Positions 14,501 through 28,248 of a DNA stretch of 64,000 nucleotides are shown in pieces. The number at the start of each line of letters is the position of its first letter. The stretch's first letter is position 1. The notes beneath the pieces were generated by a model. That model saw only the letters and a list, made by a program, of their open reading frames with translations, searched no databases and had not been told where the DNA came from. Where the stretch lies: positions 62,868,001 through 62,932,000 of the forward strand of contig OZ024741.1 of assembly GCA_964016885.1 (NCBI GenBank). The letters run 5' to 3'. The stretch is from Eledone cirrhosa (taxonomy: Eukaryota). A program made the translations under genes and the position numbers.

Positions 14501-15051
14501 TGGTCATTGTTTTCTATTGCTGGTAGTTTTTTACTCTTTCATAGTAATTAGCATTTTGTAAGAGAGAGAACATAGAATTTTTATATTTTTCAGCCTCCAT
14601 AATGACAACAGTACTTCCCTTGTCCGTTTCCTTAATTATAATGTCCGTATTGTTTTTTTAGTTCATGGATAATCTCCCATTCCCTTCGACTCGTGTTGGG
14701 TTTGGGTTTAGGTTGCGGTAGTTCATGGTATGGGAAAGTAGCTATGTGGTCACAAAATGTGTCCAGAACTCTGTTTCTACCTTTTGTTGGGTTGTAGCTG
14801 CTTTTATTCCATACAATTGATTCGTCGTTATTCTCCTTGTCAAAGAATTCCTCTGTGAGACGTAATTTTCTACAGAAGTGTGAGATATCGTCATTTATCT
14901 CATTGGGAGAGAAATTTGGAGAGAAATTTTACTTGTTGGGCTGAGAGGTTTGTATTTTCAAAATCGGTTTGTGCCACCGGATGTTGTGGGTCCTGTAGCC
15001 TTGGTCTAAAAAATGATTTTTCTGGAATGTTTTTTCGATGGTATATTGAAT

Positions 15052-15052
<1 letters not shown>
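11575..15052 (-). mobile_element. Penelope-like element (Neptune-type), near full-length but frameshifted RT + GIY-YIG, with long 3' tail
   Basis: IIIKETDKG, YGLPKIHK, LRPIVAG, SFDVVNLYT, GTAMGTKAAPTYANL, RYLDD, FLDILI, SNHP, CGTC, LIYAIKCKGCNEDYIGQT..LRNRMTVHRQ; both ends in (TA)n. Confidence 0.92.
11708..11750 (-). ncRNA. Type I hammerhead ribozyme, U3-A8 core variant, in PLE tail
   Basis: GTACTT-TTGAAAA-GCAG aagaa CTGC-GAAA-CCGG-TA-AAGGAAC; palindromic ACCGGT stem III; short stem I. Confidence 0.7.
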
Positions 15053-15095
<43 letters not shown>

Positions 15096-15469
15096 AAATT
15101 AATTAAATTAAATTAAATTAAGGGAGTCATGTCCGAGACATGTGCCATATTCACCGTAGAATAAGCTCAAAGAATTCAATGAATAGATCCGGGCATTTTA
15201 TATCAACTAGAAATTGATTGACATATATATATATATTTTAAATAAACTCATGAAACAATCACAGGGGATAATTTTAAAAGGTAATATTTGAAGCTATAGT
15301 TATACTTTAATTAGTTACCTACCTAGCTATGTGTGATTACACGCTTTACAAATTATCCCCTGTGATTGTTTCATGAGTTTATTTTAAATATATATATATA
15401 TGTCAATCAATTTCTAGTTGATATATATATATATATGTGTGTGTGTGTGTCTGTGTGTGTGTGTGTGTG

Positions 15470-15519
<50 letters not shown>

Positions 15520-16135
15520 TGTGCGCGTGCGTGTGCGTGCGTGTGCGTGCGTGCGTGCGTGTGTGTGTATAAATCTGAACAAAAAATCTCCCGCGTGGCT
15601 TAAAACATACAAATGAAAAATCCAATATAGGAGAAGACAGGAAAATGAACGAATACAAAGTCCCATTTTATCAGTAGACCGGTAGAGATACATTGCTTCA
15701 GCGCTTTACGATTGAAACAACTGACTCTAGTGCACAAGAATCAGGAACAAATGGACAAAGGACAAGACGACAAACTTAATGACTATTTACAAATAAGAGA
15801 AAATGTGCCACGAATCCACGAGCTGCAAATGAAAGAAGAGATATTGACGAGATCCAACATATTACAAGAAAAGAAGAATTAAAAGAGAAGGTGGAAGAGA
15901 TAGTTAATAAAAGTATTTTCCGTTTGTTTGTGCGTTAAGACCTAAAAAGACAGACGGAAGAGCAAAGCAGAAGAGAGAGAGATTAAGTGAAGAAAGAGAG
16001 AGAAATGAGGAGGTGTAAGATGAAGCATATCAATTTGAAAAAAAGAGTCTCGCATTACTAAAAACATACGAATTTATATATATGTATATATATATTAAAA
16101 TATAAGTATTAATAAAATAGATGTTCTTTTGATCA

Positions 16136-16198
16136 ATTACATTTTATTATACATATTTCGGATGTACAACAGTACGTCCACATCAGACAAAATATAAT
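16136..16198 (-). ncRNA. Mirror copy of the 21607 hammerhead with core mutation (CUGAUGU)
   Basis: Reverse complement identical except A9>U. Confidence 0.7.
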
Positions 16199-19100
16199 GA
16201 TACATGACATACCCTGAGATATTAAATGGTTAAGATTTAATCAAGGTAGTGATTACTCGATAGAAAATTTTGCTTATATACTATCTGTGTGAGAGTGCGA
16301 AAACGTGATGAATTCATTAGAGAGTGTGTGAGTAAGAAAAAACGTTGCATACTTAAAGTGTTCTAAAATGTTAAATTGTATGATACGATAATATCTAGGG
16401 AAACGTCTCGTGAATCATAACAGCCAGTCATAGCCACTGGACAAAGATTTATAAGGAGGGAAAGATAAAGTGTGTATGTGGGGGGGGGGGGGGTCGAAGG
16501 TTAAACGGTCAGAATTTGGAAATATTAACTTTAAAATATTAATGTGACGACTCCAGATTTCAGGATTATTTGCTATTTAATTATATGTTATTTAGATAAA
16601 TCGATAAGTGTGTTATCATTTCTAAACTTCTGAATTGTGAGAATAACATTTTAAAGGATTTAGCTGGCACGTAAAGTATGAAATATTATACTGTTGATTA
16701 ATTACCTAACTCTAAACTTTAACAAATATCTCAACATATTAGGTATGTAAATGTTTTGAAGTACTTATTGTTATAAATATTTGAATAACTATTATGTATA
16801 TAGGTATATATTAATGAATCAGTATATATAAGGTAAAAATAAAATAAAATAATATGTTACAGATAAAATTTATACATATGTATAATTATACTTCAACCAA
16901 GATATCAACGTATTATTAGATATAGGGATGTATATATATAGATATATATTAGGTATTATTAATGTAGTATAATTTAGGTAAATGTTAACAGTTATACTCT
17001 TAACAACATATTACATTTAAATATATATATATATATACGTATAAGAAAAACGAACAATGAGTGCATGTATAAAGTTCAAAATAATGTCTATAATAATTTT
17101 TAGTTTGGATATTTTTTCTCTATATTTGAATCATGTATATAGAAGTATGGTAGGTATATTTAAAAATATTTTAAAATATATAGAATACAATATATAACTA
17201 GATATATGTTATAAAACATTATATTATAAATAAATAAGAGATCGAAAGTACAGCGAAAAAAATTCACATTTATGTATAAGTTTGAATCCGTCTCAAATTT
17301 ACATATTATAGTGCAGTAATTACATTTAAAAGAAATATATGCTATATTATACTATAAATAATAGATCAAAAAGTCATTAAACATTTGGAGTTATATATAA
17401 GTTTCGAAAACATTTTTGGATTGGGTATTAAAACTAAAATTTAAAAGAGATTACAGATGTATTAAAAATTCACTGTTAAATAAATTCAATAGATATGTAA
17501 GGATTAGATATTGTACTAAATTATAGATACATGATGGTGTTGATCAAAGTTAACAAATAAAGTTTTGTGTATCAATGGTTAGGCATGCTAATTGAAATAT
17601 TGTCATTCATTCAAACGTTGTTTTTTCTAAAGATATCCATAAAATAAAGCAATATTAAAGGCCATTGATGTTTTTTACTGTTGATTATATATTCCTGGTA
17701 ACCGAGTTGTTATTGGTTCTTTCTTTCTCATTTTAGGTTACAAATGTTTTAGATTACAAATGTATTAAAAATGCACAGTTAAATAAATTCAATAGATATG
17801 TAAGGATTAGGTATTGCACTAAATTATAGATAAATGATGGTGTTGATCAAAGTTAACAAATAAAGTTGTGTGTATCAATGTTTAGGCATGCGAATTGAAA
17901 TATTATCATTCATTCTAACGTTGTTTTTTCCATAGATATCCATAAAATAAAGCAATATTAAAGGTCATTGATGTTTTTTACTGTTGATTATATATTTATG
18001 GTAACCGAGTTGTTATTGGTTCTTTCTTTCTCGTTTTATGTGATGCTAAAAAAGTGGAGATAGCTTTATGGTGGCAATTAGAGAATAATTCACTTTTTTT
18101 GTTAATTAGGGTTTCATAAGTATTAATAATCAACAGTGTCTCCATTGTACAGAGCAGGCAGTTATTTGATATAATAGAGTTGCGGTAAATTCCACAGTTC
18201 TGAAGTTTTGTCCAAAGAATGGAGTATTCTAGGTTCTTCTCTTTTAAAGACCATATGAGCTGTGATAAAGACGTGGATAATTTCTTCTTAGAGTTTGAGA
18301 ATGAGCATTTATGGTTCGCGAAACGAAGTTTGAATGTGGACGAGGTTGATCCAATACAATTCTATGTTTTATGGTCGGTTTTTACGGTGCATTTATAAAC
18401 CAAATTACTATCTAAACAATTATTTTGCAAAGGGCAATTACTTTTATTTCTACAATTACAATTTGGTTTAGTATCATTAATGTTTACTCTATTATTATGA
18501 TCATTAGGTGTTTTGGTTTTAGGATTTTGGCGTTTAATTTGGCGATGTTTTGGGCCATGTTACTGGTTGCAGAATTTGCGAATTTAATGGTATATCTATT
18601 AAAAATGGAATGGTATTTATGTTGAGTAGGGAAAGAGGTGTCAAGAGCTTTAAAGAATAGTTTTGCCATTGGTGTTTTAACTGCGACCGAGGCTGGGGGT
18701 GCAAACCATATAACAAAAACATTGAAGATAAGTAAAACTATATATTCATCCAGATGGATATTACTAGCTACTATTCTTCTATAACACCTAAACTTCTAAA
18801 TAAGGCCCTCTCATAAGCTTATAAGCTTATAAGCATACCGATCTAACTACAAATGAAATAGATATAATTTTAACAGCCAGAAGAACTCTCATTAAATTCA
18901 ATAATGAACTTTGGACACGCTCAGATAGAGATCGAAACTTTGATATCACTATGGGGGCATCTCATTCCGCGCAAATCATAGATCTTCTGGGAATTTTCAT
19001 ATTAAACATGATAAATAGTAAACTGACAAAGATTACCTGTGGTTTATATAGAGATGACATTTTATTTACGGTGGTCAAACACAATAATATAGAATTGAAT

Positions 19101-20199
19101 AGAGTTAAGAAAAGTATAATAGGATTCTTTAAAACGTACGACCTTAAATTAGAAGTAGAATGATACCAAAATAGTTAATTACCTTGACGTTACCTTTAAC
19201 TTAAACACTGGCTTCTATTACCCTTTTCATAAGCCTAATGAAAACTTAAACTATGTTAGTAACTATTCAAATCACCCTAGATCTGTAAAAAAAAGCTATA
19301 GTAAATAGTGTGCAAAAACGTATTAATAAAATATCAGCTAATAAAGATATATTTGATAAAAATGCGGAATATTACAACAACGCTTTAAAAAGAGCAGGAT
19401 ATATGAATAATATAGAATATGTAGATAATAACAATCCAAGTATTATTCCTAATAATAATAATAAAAATTATAACACATATAAGAGTAACTCTAATAACTA
19501 TAACTCAAACACACATACGCTAAATAAACCTAGAATACGAACTAGATCTAAACCAGTCATATGGTTTGCACCCCCAGCTTCGGCCGCAGTTAAAACACCA
19601 ATTGCAAAACTATTGTTTAAAGCTCTTGACACCTCTTTCCCTACTCAACATGAATACCATTCCATTTTTAATAGACATACCATTAAATTCACAAACAAAA
19701 CATCGCCAAATTAAACGCCAAAATCCTAAAACCAAACCAACCTAATGATCATAATAATAGAGTTAACATTAATGATACTAAACCAAATTGTAATTGTACA
19801 AATAAAAGTAATTGCCCTTTGCAAAATAATTGTTTAGATAGTAATTTGGTTTATAAATGCACCGTAAAAACTGACCATAAAACATAGAATTGTATTGGAT
19901 CAACCTCGTCCACATTCAAACTTCGTTTCGCGAACCATAAATGCTCATTCTCAGACTCTAAGAAGAAATCATCCACGTCTTTATCACAGCTCATATGGTC
20001 TTTAAAAGAGAGGAACCTAGAATACTCCATTTTTTGGACAAAACTTCGTAACTGTGGAATTTACCGCAACTCTAGTATATCAAATAACTGCCCGCTCTGT
20101 TGATTATTAATAATTATGAGACCCTAATTAACAAAAAAAGTGAATTATTCTCTAATTGCCTCCATAAAGCTATGTCCACTTTTTTAGCATCACATCAAA

Positions 20200-20785
20200 C
20201 GAGAAAGAAAGAACCAATAGCAACTCGGTTGCCATGAATATATAATCAACAGTAAAAAACATCAATGGCCTTTAATATTGCTTTATTTTATGGATATCTA
20301 TGGAAAAAACAACGTTAGAATGAATGATAATATTTCAATTCGCATGCCTAAACATTGATACACACAACTTTATTTGTTAACTTTGATCAACACCATCATT
20401 TATCTATAATTTAGTACAATACCTAATCCTTACATATCTATTGTATTTATTTAACTGAATGTTTAATACATTTGTAATCTAAAACATTTGTAATCTAAAA
20501 CGAGAAAAAAAGAACCAATAACAACTCGGTTACCATGAATATATAATCAACAGTAACACCATCAATGGCCTTTAATATTGCTTTATTTTATGAATATCTA
20601 TAGAAAAAACAACGTTTGAATGAATGACAATATTTCAATTAGCATGCCTAAACATTGATACACAAAACTTTATTTGTTAACTTTGATCAACACCATCATG
20701 TATCTATAATTTAGTACAATACCTAATCCTTACATATCTATCGAATTTATTTAACAGTGAATTTTTAATACATTTGTAATCTCTT
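20200..20785 (+). repeat. About 300-bp tandem duplication in the PLE 3' region, mirrored at 17445-18040
   Basis: AAAGAACCAATA.CAACTCGGTT.CCATGAATA recurs 300 bp apart. Confidence 0.85.
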
Positions 20786-21606
20786 TTAAATTTTAGTTTT
20801 AATACCCAATCCAAAAATGTTTACGAAACTTATCTATAACTCCAAATGTTTAATGACTTTTTGATCTATTATTTATAGTATAATAAAGCATATATTTCTT
20901 TTAAATATAATTACTGCACTGTAATATCTAAATTTGAGACGGATTCAAACTTATATATAAATGTGAATTTTTTTCGCTGTACTTTCGATCTCTTATTTAT
21001 TTATTTATTTATAATATAATGTTTTATTATATATATGTAGTTATATATTGTATTCTATATATTTTAAAATATTTTTAAATATACCTACCATACTTCTATA
21101 TACATGATTCAAATATAGAGAAAATATCCAAACTAAAAATTATTATAGACATTATTTTGAACTTTATACATGCACTCATTGTTCGTTTTTCTTATATGTA
21201 TATAGATATATATTTATAAATGTAACATGTTGTTAAGAGTATAACTGTTAACATTTACCTAAAGTATACTGCATTAATAATACCTAATATATATCTATAT
21301 ATATACATCCCTATATCTAATAATACGTTGATATCTTTATTTTCCCCTCCTTATAAATCTTTTTCCAGTGGCTATCACTGGCTATTATGATTCACGAGAC
21401 GTTCCCCTAGATATTATCGTATCATACAACTTAAAATTTTAGAACACTTTAAGTATGCAACGTTTTTTCTTACTCACGCATTCTCTAATGAATTCATTAC
21501 GTTTTCGCACTGTCACACAGATAGTATATACGCAAAATTTTCTCTCGGGTAATCACTACCTTAATTAAATCTTAACCATTTAATATCTCAGTGTATGTCA
21601 TGTATC

Positions 21607-21669
21607 ATTATATTTTGTCTGATGAGGACGTACTGTTGTACATCCGAAATATGTATAATAAAATGTAAT
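21607..21669 (+). ncRNA. Type I minimal hammerhead ribozyme in PLE tail
   Basis: ATTATATTTTGT-CTGATGA-GGACGTAC tgtt GTACATCC-GAAA-TATGTA-TA-ATAAAATGTAAT: 12-bp stem I with two G-U pairs, intact core. Confidence 0.88.
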
Positions 21670-21813
21670 TGATCAAAAGAACATCTATTTTATTAATACT
21701 TATATTTTAATATTAATAATTCTTGAAAATTATTTTACAGTTGAGTGCTTCCAATCTACTGTAAAACTCATTCTTTGACATAATCATCGAATATTGTTTA
21801 ACAACTTAATACT

Positions 21814-21854
<41 letters not shown>

Positions 21855-22309
21855 AGTATGTATGCGTGTGTGTGTTTCTATGTTTCTCTCTGCATGTGTG
21901 TGTAAATGTGTGTAATATACATGATTACATATGACAACAATAAACATCTATTAAATCACATGTATTTTTTGACACGTATTTATTTCTGTTATGAATATAT
22001 TAAATTATAACATTGTTCTGCAAAAAACAATCAATATTCAGCTTTTGATATAAAGAGAAGCGAGAAAATGATATTGCAATAATTTTTTCCTATCTAACAT
22101 GATGTTTTAGAAACATGACTTGTTCATTAAAAACAAACCTGGCATTTGTCAAAGCAACTGCTGTCTATTTTCTTTTTTTGCGACATATCAAGAATAAGGA
22201 AGGAATATTATATTTCGTCTATTGCTGGAACAGTCTCAAAAAGGAAATATTAATAAGTTGCATCAATGTCATTACCAATAAGGATGATAAAACTATATAA
22301 ACAATATAT

Positions 22310-22470
22310 AATTGTTTCTACATTTGGCACAAGACCAGCAATAACCCAGTGTATTACTGGTACTTTATTTTATCGACCCCATAAGGATGAAAGACAAAGT
22401 TAACCTCGGCGGGATTTGAACTCAGACCATAAAGGGACGTAACTCTGCTGCAAAGCATGGTGTCCGACAG
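22310..22470 (-). mobile_element. tRNA-derived Nin-domain SINE
   Basis: B-box GAGTTCAAATCC and CTTTCATCCTT..GGGGTCGATAAAATAAAGTACCAG on the minus strand. Confidence 0.75.
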
Positions 22471-22730
22471 AGGATGCAAACTTCTAACACCTTTTAAGTT
22501 TCTTAAACAGTGAAATGCTGTCAGTTATGACATTTATTTCAGCATTATCACTATCAAATTCTCACCTTGTGTCTGTTGAATAGAAATATTATTTTTGTTT
22601 TTATCCTCAATCGTTTGAGTTGTTTTTAATGCCCATCTTCTCTTGATGAAACTGTAACGGAGTTCGCGAAGTTCACGGTATTCTGGCATCTAAAGTGATT
22701 TTCCTTTACATACATACATACATACATACA

Positions 22731-23339
22731 TGGTGGCTGCCAACTCGTTTTCGAGTACGGCCACTACTTTATATCTATGTAGGAGAACCCCTACCGATGC
22801 GCTGAACGAGTGTGACTTTTTAGTCCAGCCAGCGACTTGAAAACTCTGGTACAAACACTACACTTGTGACAATTATTGACACATAGTGCTGGGCCCATGG
22901 TACCATGTGACGACAAATGCAGAGAGATCTCCAGATATAAATCAATGCCTGTGCCGTGAAGCTTTTATAGTGAGCAAAGGCACTGCACAAAGCCAGTCCC
23001 ACTCTCTTAACTAAGATGATATTTACCAAAAAGAAGAACAAGTCAACATCATTGGATACCGTCAGGGTTGCAGGTGTTATGTCAGAATTTTCCTTCTCCT
23101 AGAATTCTGCCTTGACAAAGACTAAGGGGTCATCTCTCCCGGTGATTTTGGATGGCCATTGACTCTTAAGAGCTCCTTTGCCCTTTGACAGGTTTTCTTT
23201 TTAGTCCTGCAGGATGTCCAAAGTCACCCTCCTCACCAAGAAACCTTGGTGGTGTTGCCAGTTTAGTCGCCAACGACCCGACCATGAGACAGGTTGTACT
23301 GGCATACATGTTACCAGTAGCACCAACTGGTGACCTGAC
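22731..23339 (-). mobile_element. Non-autonomous bipartite RTE-derived element of about 600 bp in (TACA)n
   Basis: Near-identical to 28249-28840 in opposite orientation; 5'-UTR-like head plus C2H2-like 3' end. Confidence 0.8.
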
Positions 23340-23376
23340 ATACATACATACATACATACATACATACATACATACA

Positions 23377-23408
<32 letters not shown>

Positions 23409-23409
23409 A

Positions 23410-23710
23410 TGGGGACTCGTGGCCTAGTGGTAAGAATGTTAGAATTGTGATGATAACTTCGTGGGTTCGATTCATGGACTGGATTCTGTGTTTCGTTCTT
23501 GAGCAAAACACTTCATTTCACATTGCTCCAGTATACACAGCTAAAATAAGTGTCAGAAATATTTGGGAGGTGGTTAAGTATACAATGGATTGGCGTCCTG
23601 TCCAGGTGGTGGCGCTGGTGGTGGTGGTGGGAGTTTACTATCAGTTGCTTCACGTCACGGAAACCGGAAGACGCTCCGGCCTGATGAGTTGCCAGGCTCG
23701 AGACAGACTT
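23410..23710 (+). mobile_element. tRNA-derived SINE, second family
   Basis: A-box GTGGCCTAGTGG, B-box GGTTCGATTC, TTGAGCAAAACACTTCATTTCACATTGCTCC core shared with 30905-31030. Confidence 0.7.
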
Positions 23711-25794
23711 TACATAGATAGATAGATAGATAGAAAATTCGCTACATCATCTCTTTGTGTTAGTCCCTCGAACATGAGACGTACATTTCTTTTATTTGTC
23801 TGTAATAGTAATTCTGAAGGGTCGATATAAGTTTTAAAAAATTAACAGGAGTCTTCAACTCTGGCGCTTCATTAAATTGTTGGTTGCAGAACCAATAATA
23901 TTTTGTGGAAAAGATTACTTTCACACTTTGTGGTATGAGTCTTAGTGTACTCGATCAGTATGAAGCCATTTATGACTACAATGTAGTTTCAATGTATCCA
24001 TACATAGCAGAAATCTATTCAGATTACTTGTGCCGTTAATGACTTAAAATGAAATATTGATCGTCACGCTATCACAGTTCTTTTTAAAATATTACACACT
24101 TGACATAAGCATTCTGAAACTCTTAATTACTTAATTACCATTAGATTATTATTAGATTCTTTAATTTCATATAGTTTACCATCATCAAGTTAAACTGATG
24201 GATCCCACTCTTGTCCAGGAGTTTGAAATCGTAGGGAAATAAGTAAAGGGTTTAACAGAGAATCGAGTCTATAAAGCAACCCGAGATTCCTGTTAGCTTA
24301 CTACCAGTCAATGCTATCCCTTCGAAGGGTGTTGGTAAGCTATGCGTTTGATAAAAATGCAATCCCATTCGCTCATTGTCAAATAGAATTGTACAGAGGT
24401 TTACACATATCAAACGTTGTTGATGGATGAACCGACTGTTACGACGTTACAGTTTTTCGATTAAATGAAGATTATACGCTATCAATTACTCTGGCACAGT
24501 TGCACCATCGCCTGTCAGTTGTGGATCAAGTCAATATGAACAAACAAGATGTTGCACGGTGGGATGAAACTCGTGACAGCGAAGCACACGTTTGAACTAA
24601 TGAAGAAAATATTTAGATGAAAGATTTTTCCAATAAACCAGTGGCAGCAATAAATGTAATTTATATATACGTTAATATCCTCGGTTTTATTAGGTATTTA
24701 GTGTCTTTCGGTGTACGTATGAATCTTAATCACTAAAATCTTAATGGTGAGTCGGAACTCCACAAAATAGATTATATTTATGGTTTCACATCAAAATAAT
24801 TATATACAAAAGGTAGTGCTGAACTTCCAGAGAAGAAGAAGGGGAATTAGAAAGTGGAAGTGAAATAGAGATATACTGAACGTACTTTTCTTTCCATCGC
24901 TAAAAGAAGAGCTGACCGCTGTTGTTTTTGAACTCAGAGTACTATAGAACCGACAGTCTTACAACTCTCCCAGTCCGTTGTTGCCTTATGACATAATATT
25001 GATATGTGAAAACTATGATCATATAAACAAGATTATTCCAGCCAGCCGGGCCTCCAAACACAACCAACACCACATTCCAGTGTGAAATCAATGGCCCCTC
25101 CAAAAAAACAATAATGAACATCGCAATCTCCATAATATACCCAAAGAGTTGTAGAGCAACGTGTAAGATTCCGACTGTCTGGACAAGTTCTTAAGTTAAC
25201 TTATATTACTAATATCATTGATTAAAAGATACACACCAAAGTAAATAATCGCTTCGTTATTACAAGTTCAGATAATTTATAATACTACAGAGTCGCATTT
25301 GAAATTGTGTATTTAATCATGACGTTCATTCTTGGCTTTAGAAATTGGAGGAAATATGTATATGATGAAGGAATGTTTGTGTCTTAGCATAGTTAAAATG
25401 AAAAGGTTTACAAGTGGAATATGAAATCGTAAGTAGAATAAGTTCCTACATTTTTTATATTTTGTAATACCAAATAATGTTGTATAATGAGGAATAATCT
25501 GCGTAGTTCAATATGCTAGAAATAGCAGTAAACTCCGTCTAATTTCACACAAAATCCTCATAATACTTTGGGTTATGCAATCCGGGCATACTCTGAATAG
25601 AAAATGACAACGGTGCTTGTCGGAATACTTTTATATATTTGCTTAATCAGAGTTGACTTGGAGCTAAACAAAAACAATATACAATGACCTGTTTATATTT
25701 TAATTGTACTTTAAACAAATATTGCTTTAAGATATATAGATATATATATACATATATATATTTTTTTTTAAAGCAATATATATATATCTTAAAG

Positions 25795-25877
<83 letters not shown>

Positions 25878-27502
25878 AATAGCATAGTAAACTTTGTTGA
25901 TTGAAACATTAGGAAAATCAATATTTACAGTGGTTTAAATTACTCTCTTATCGGCCAGCGGTAATAAATCACAATGGATTTTAATTAAGCGTTTCAGTCA
26001 TGAAATTTGCGTTATATGTCAACAAATTATCTGATTAAATCTTTGTTTTTGAAAGATATAGCATTTAGTTTTGGGAAAATTTTCAATTACTAAAGTAATG
26101 AAAGTAAGGAAAGTTAAGTTTGGTGGTGATATTTTGTCCTTAATTGAATTCTATGATAAAAATGACCACCTTATTATATTAATGGCGTCGGTTCAAATGT
26201 CACAGTAGACATTATGATAACAGCGATTAGAGTTCAATATTTCGACTGGAACAATTTCTCTCAAGACTTTAACTCTTTTGGAGAGTATATGTATGCACAG
26301 TTTCATAATTCTTATATCACTAAAACATTCAATAAGTTTTAAAACATCAAATATACGAATGAAAACATTATTATACCTTTACTCTTCGAAGGAAAAAGTT
26401 TACTCTTCGAAGGAAAAAGCTGATCTAGAGGATTTGTTGTTTCTGATGTGCGGTTGTGTACTGAAAGGTTTCCTTGCCATATACAATGATTTCTTTGCAT
26501 GATTTATTATTTATTATTTCGTCTGGATGAATGTGGATAACATAATGAGGACATATTGTATTGTTAATTCTTGGGATAGACATGAGCGTTACACAATAGC
26601 AATAGGAATATTTTTTTGATTTTGTAAACGTTTCAACTGTTAAAAACAATATTTGAAACATCTTACTCTTTATGTCGTTGTGACTACTAACCACAGGTAA
26701 ACCCTGCTCATGTAAACATATTATGGAAGACATTCTACATCTGACTATCCAGTATTTTCAGATATAGTTTATTACACTCTAGATTAACCAATGTGGCCTT
26801 CGTTTTCCTTGAAAAACAGAAGCGTGTGATTCGAGAGAAATTGTGCTACTCTTTGTAGCAAATCGAATGACTACGAAGATGCTCAACGATTTATCAATAT
26901 TCATGAGAAGGTAGCACATAGTTTTTGGTGGTTGTTCTAACTGGGTGCAGATAGACCTTTAGATAACGAGCAGCCTTCATGCGATTATTGGGTCAGCTAG
27001 AAATAGCAGCCATAATCCTCTCATGTTGCACTTTGGATAGTGCCCGGGCTACACTGGGAGATTATATCTTGAATACGATACTCACAGTAACCGTCTATAG
27101 AATTTAGCTCACAAGACATTGGGAAACCTACGGCTATTGTATGGAAGACATCGTAAGTGTCATACAATGGCACTGAACCTGAATCAACAAGGTTCCGAAG
27201 TGAACTCCTTCACACATCCATTCCGATGACATATTTTATAATTGTACTTTAGTCTAAAACTGGTTTGCGATCTATATAACAATATCATGTACAACAGCAT
27301 TAATAGCAACATGAGGCAAACCAATATTTACTATCATTTAAATTGATTTCTACTTATCTAGAACCAGTAATAAATCACAGTGGATTTTAATTAAGATAAT
27401 TTAAGTACTGAAATTTGTGTTGTATTTTATAGTAATAAATTATCTGATTAAAGATTCGGTTTCGAATAAAATATTGCAGATATTTCAGGGGATTTAAATT
27501 GA

Positions 27503-27546
<44 letters not shown>

Positions 27547-27557
27547 CCACACACACG

Positions 27558-27639
<82 letters not shown>

Positions 27640-27642
<3 letters not shown>

Positions 27643-27796
27643 GTATATGCATTTATATCCGTTTGTAATTGACGACTGACAGAAAAGAGTACTCAATGCG
27701 GAAGTAGAATTTAAATATTCATATTATTAACGATCAATAGTGAGTCGTATTCTTCTGGCGTTTTGCTTGCTTATCACAGTGTCATCAGATAAGAAA

Positions 27797-27847
<51 letters not shown>

Positions 27848-28055
27848 GGCAAACTAGTGAGTCCTGTTACTCTGGTGTTTCGCCTACTTATCCCTGGGCT
27901 ATCAGACACTTTCTTATCTGATGACACTCTGATAAGCAAGCAAAACACCAGAAGAATACGACTCACTATTGATCGTGAATAAAATGAATATTTAAATTCT
28001 GCTTCCGCATTGAGTACTCTTTTCTCTCAGTCGCCAATCAAACGGATATACATGC
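27640..28055. repeat. Fold-back element around a (TA)n tract
   Basis: 27645-27800 is the reverse complement of 27907-28055. Confidence 0.85.
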
Positions 28056-28073
28056 ATATATATATATGTGTGA

Positions 28074-28152
<79 letters not shown>

Positions 28153-28248
28153 TGTGTGTGTGTCTGTGCTTGTGTGTTTGTGTGTTTGTGTGTTTGTGTG
28201 TTTGTGCGTGTGTGTGTATATATATATATATGTATATATATATATTAT

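Larger units (their letters stand above)
16093..21815 (+). mobile_element. Penelope-like element (5'-truncated RT + GIY-YIG at about 18720-20240) with a long inverted copy of its 3' part at 16093-18715
   Basis: GLYRDD, NYLDVTFNL, SNHP, VIWFAPP, CNC..CPLQNNCLDSNLVYKC..CIGSTSSTFKLRFANH; 16093-18715 is largely the reverse complement of about 19560-21713. Confidence 0.9.

Noticed and set aside
23410-23490. tRNA-like sequences here and in other SINE heads
   Set aside because: A/B boxes are present but there is no cloverleaf; they continue into SINE bodies
26425-26733. 102-aa minus-strand ORF in non-repetitive-looking DNA
   Set aside because: No recognisable domain or exon evidence
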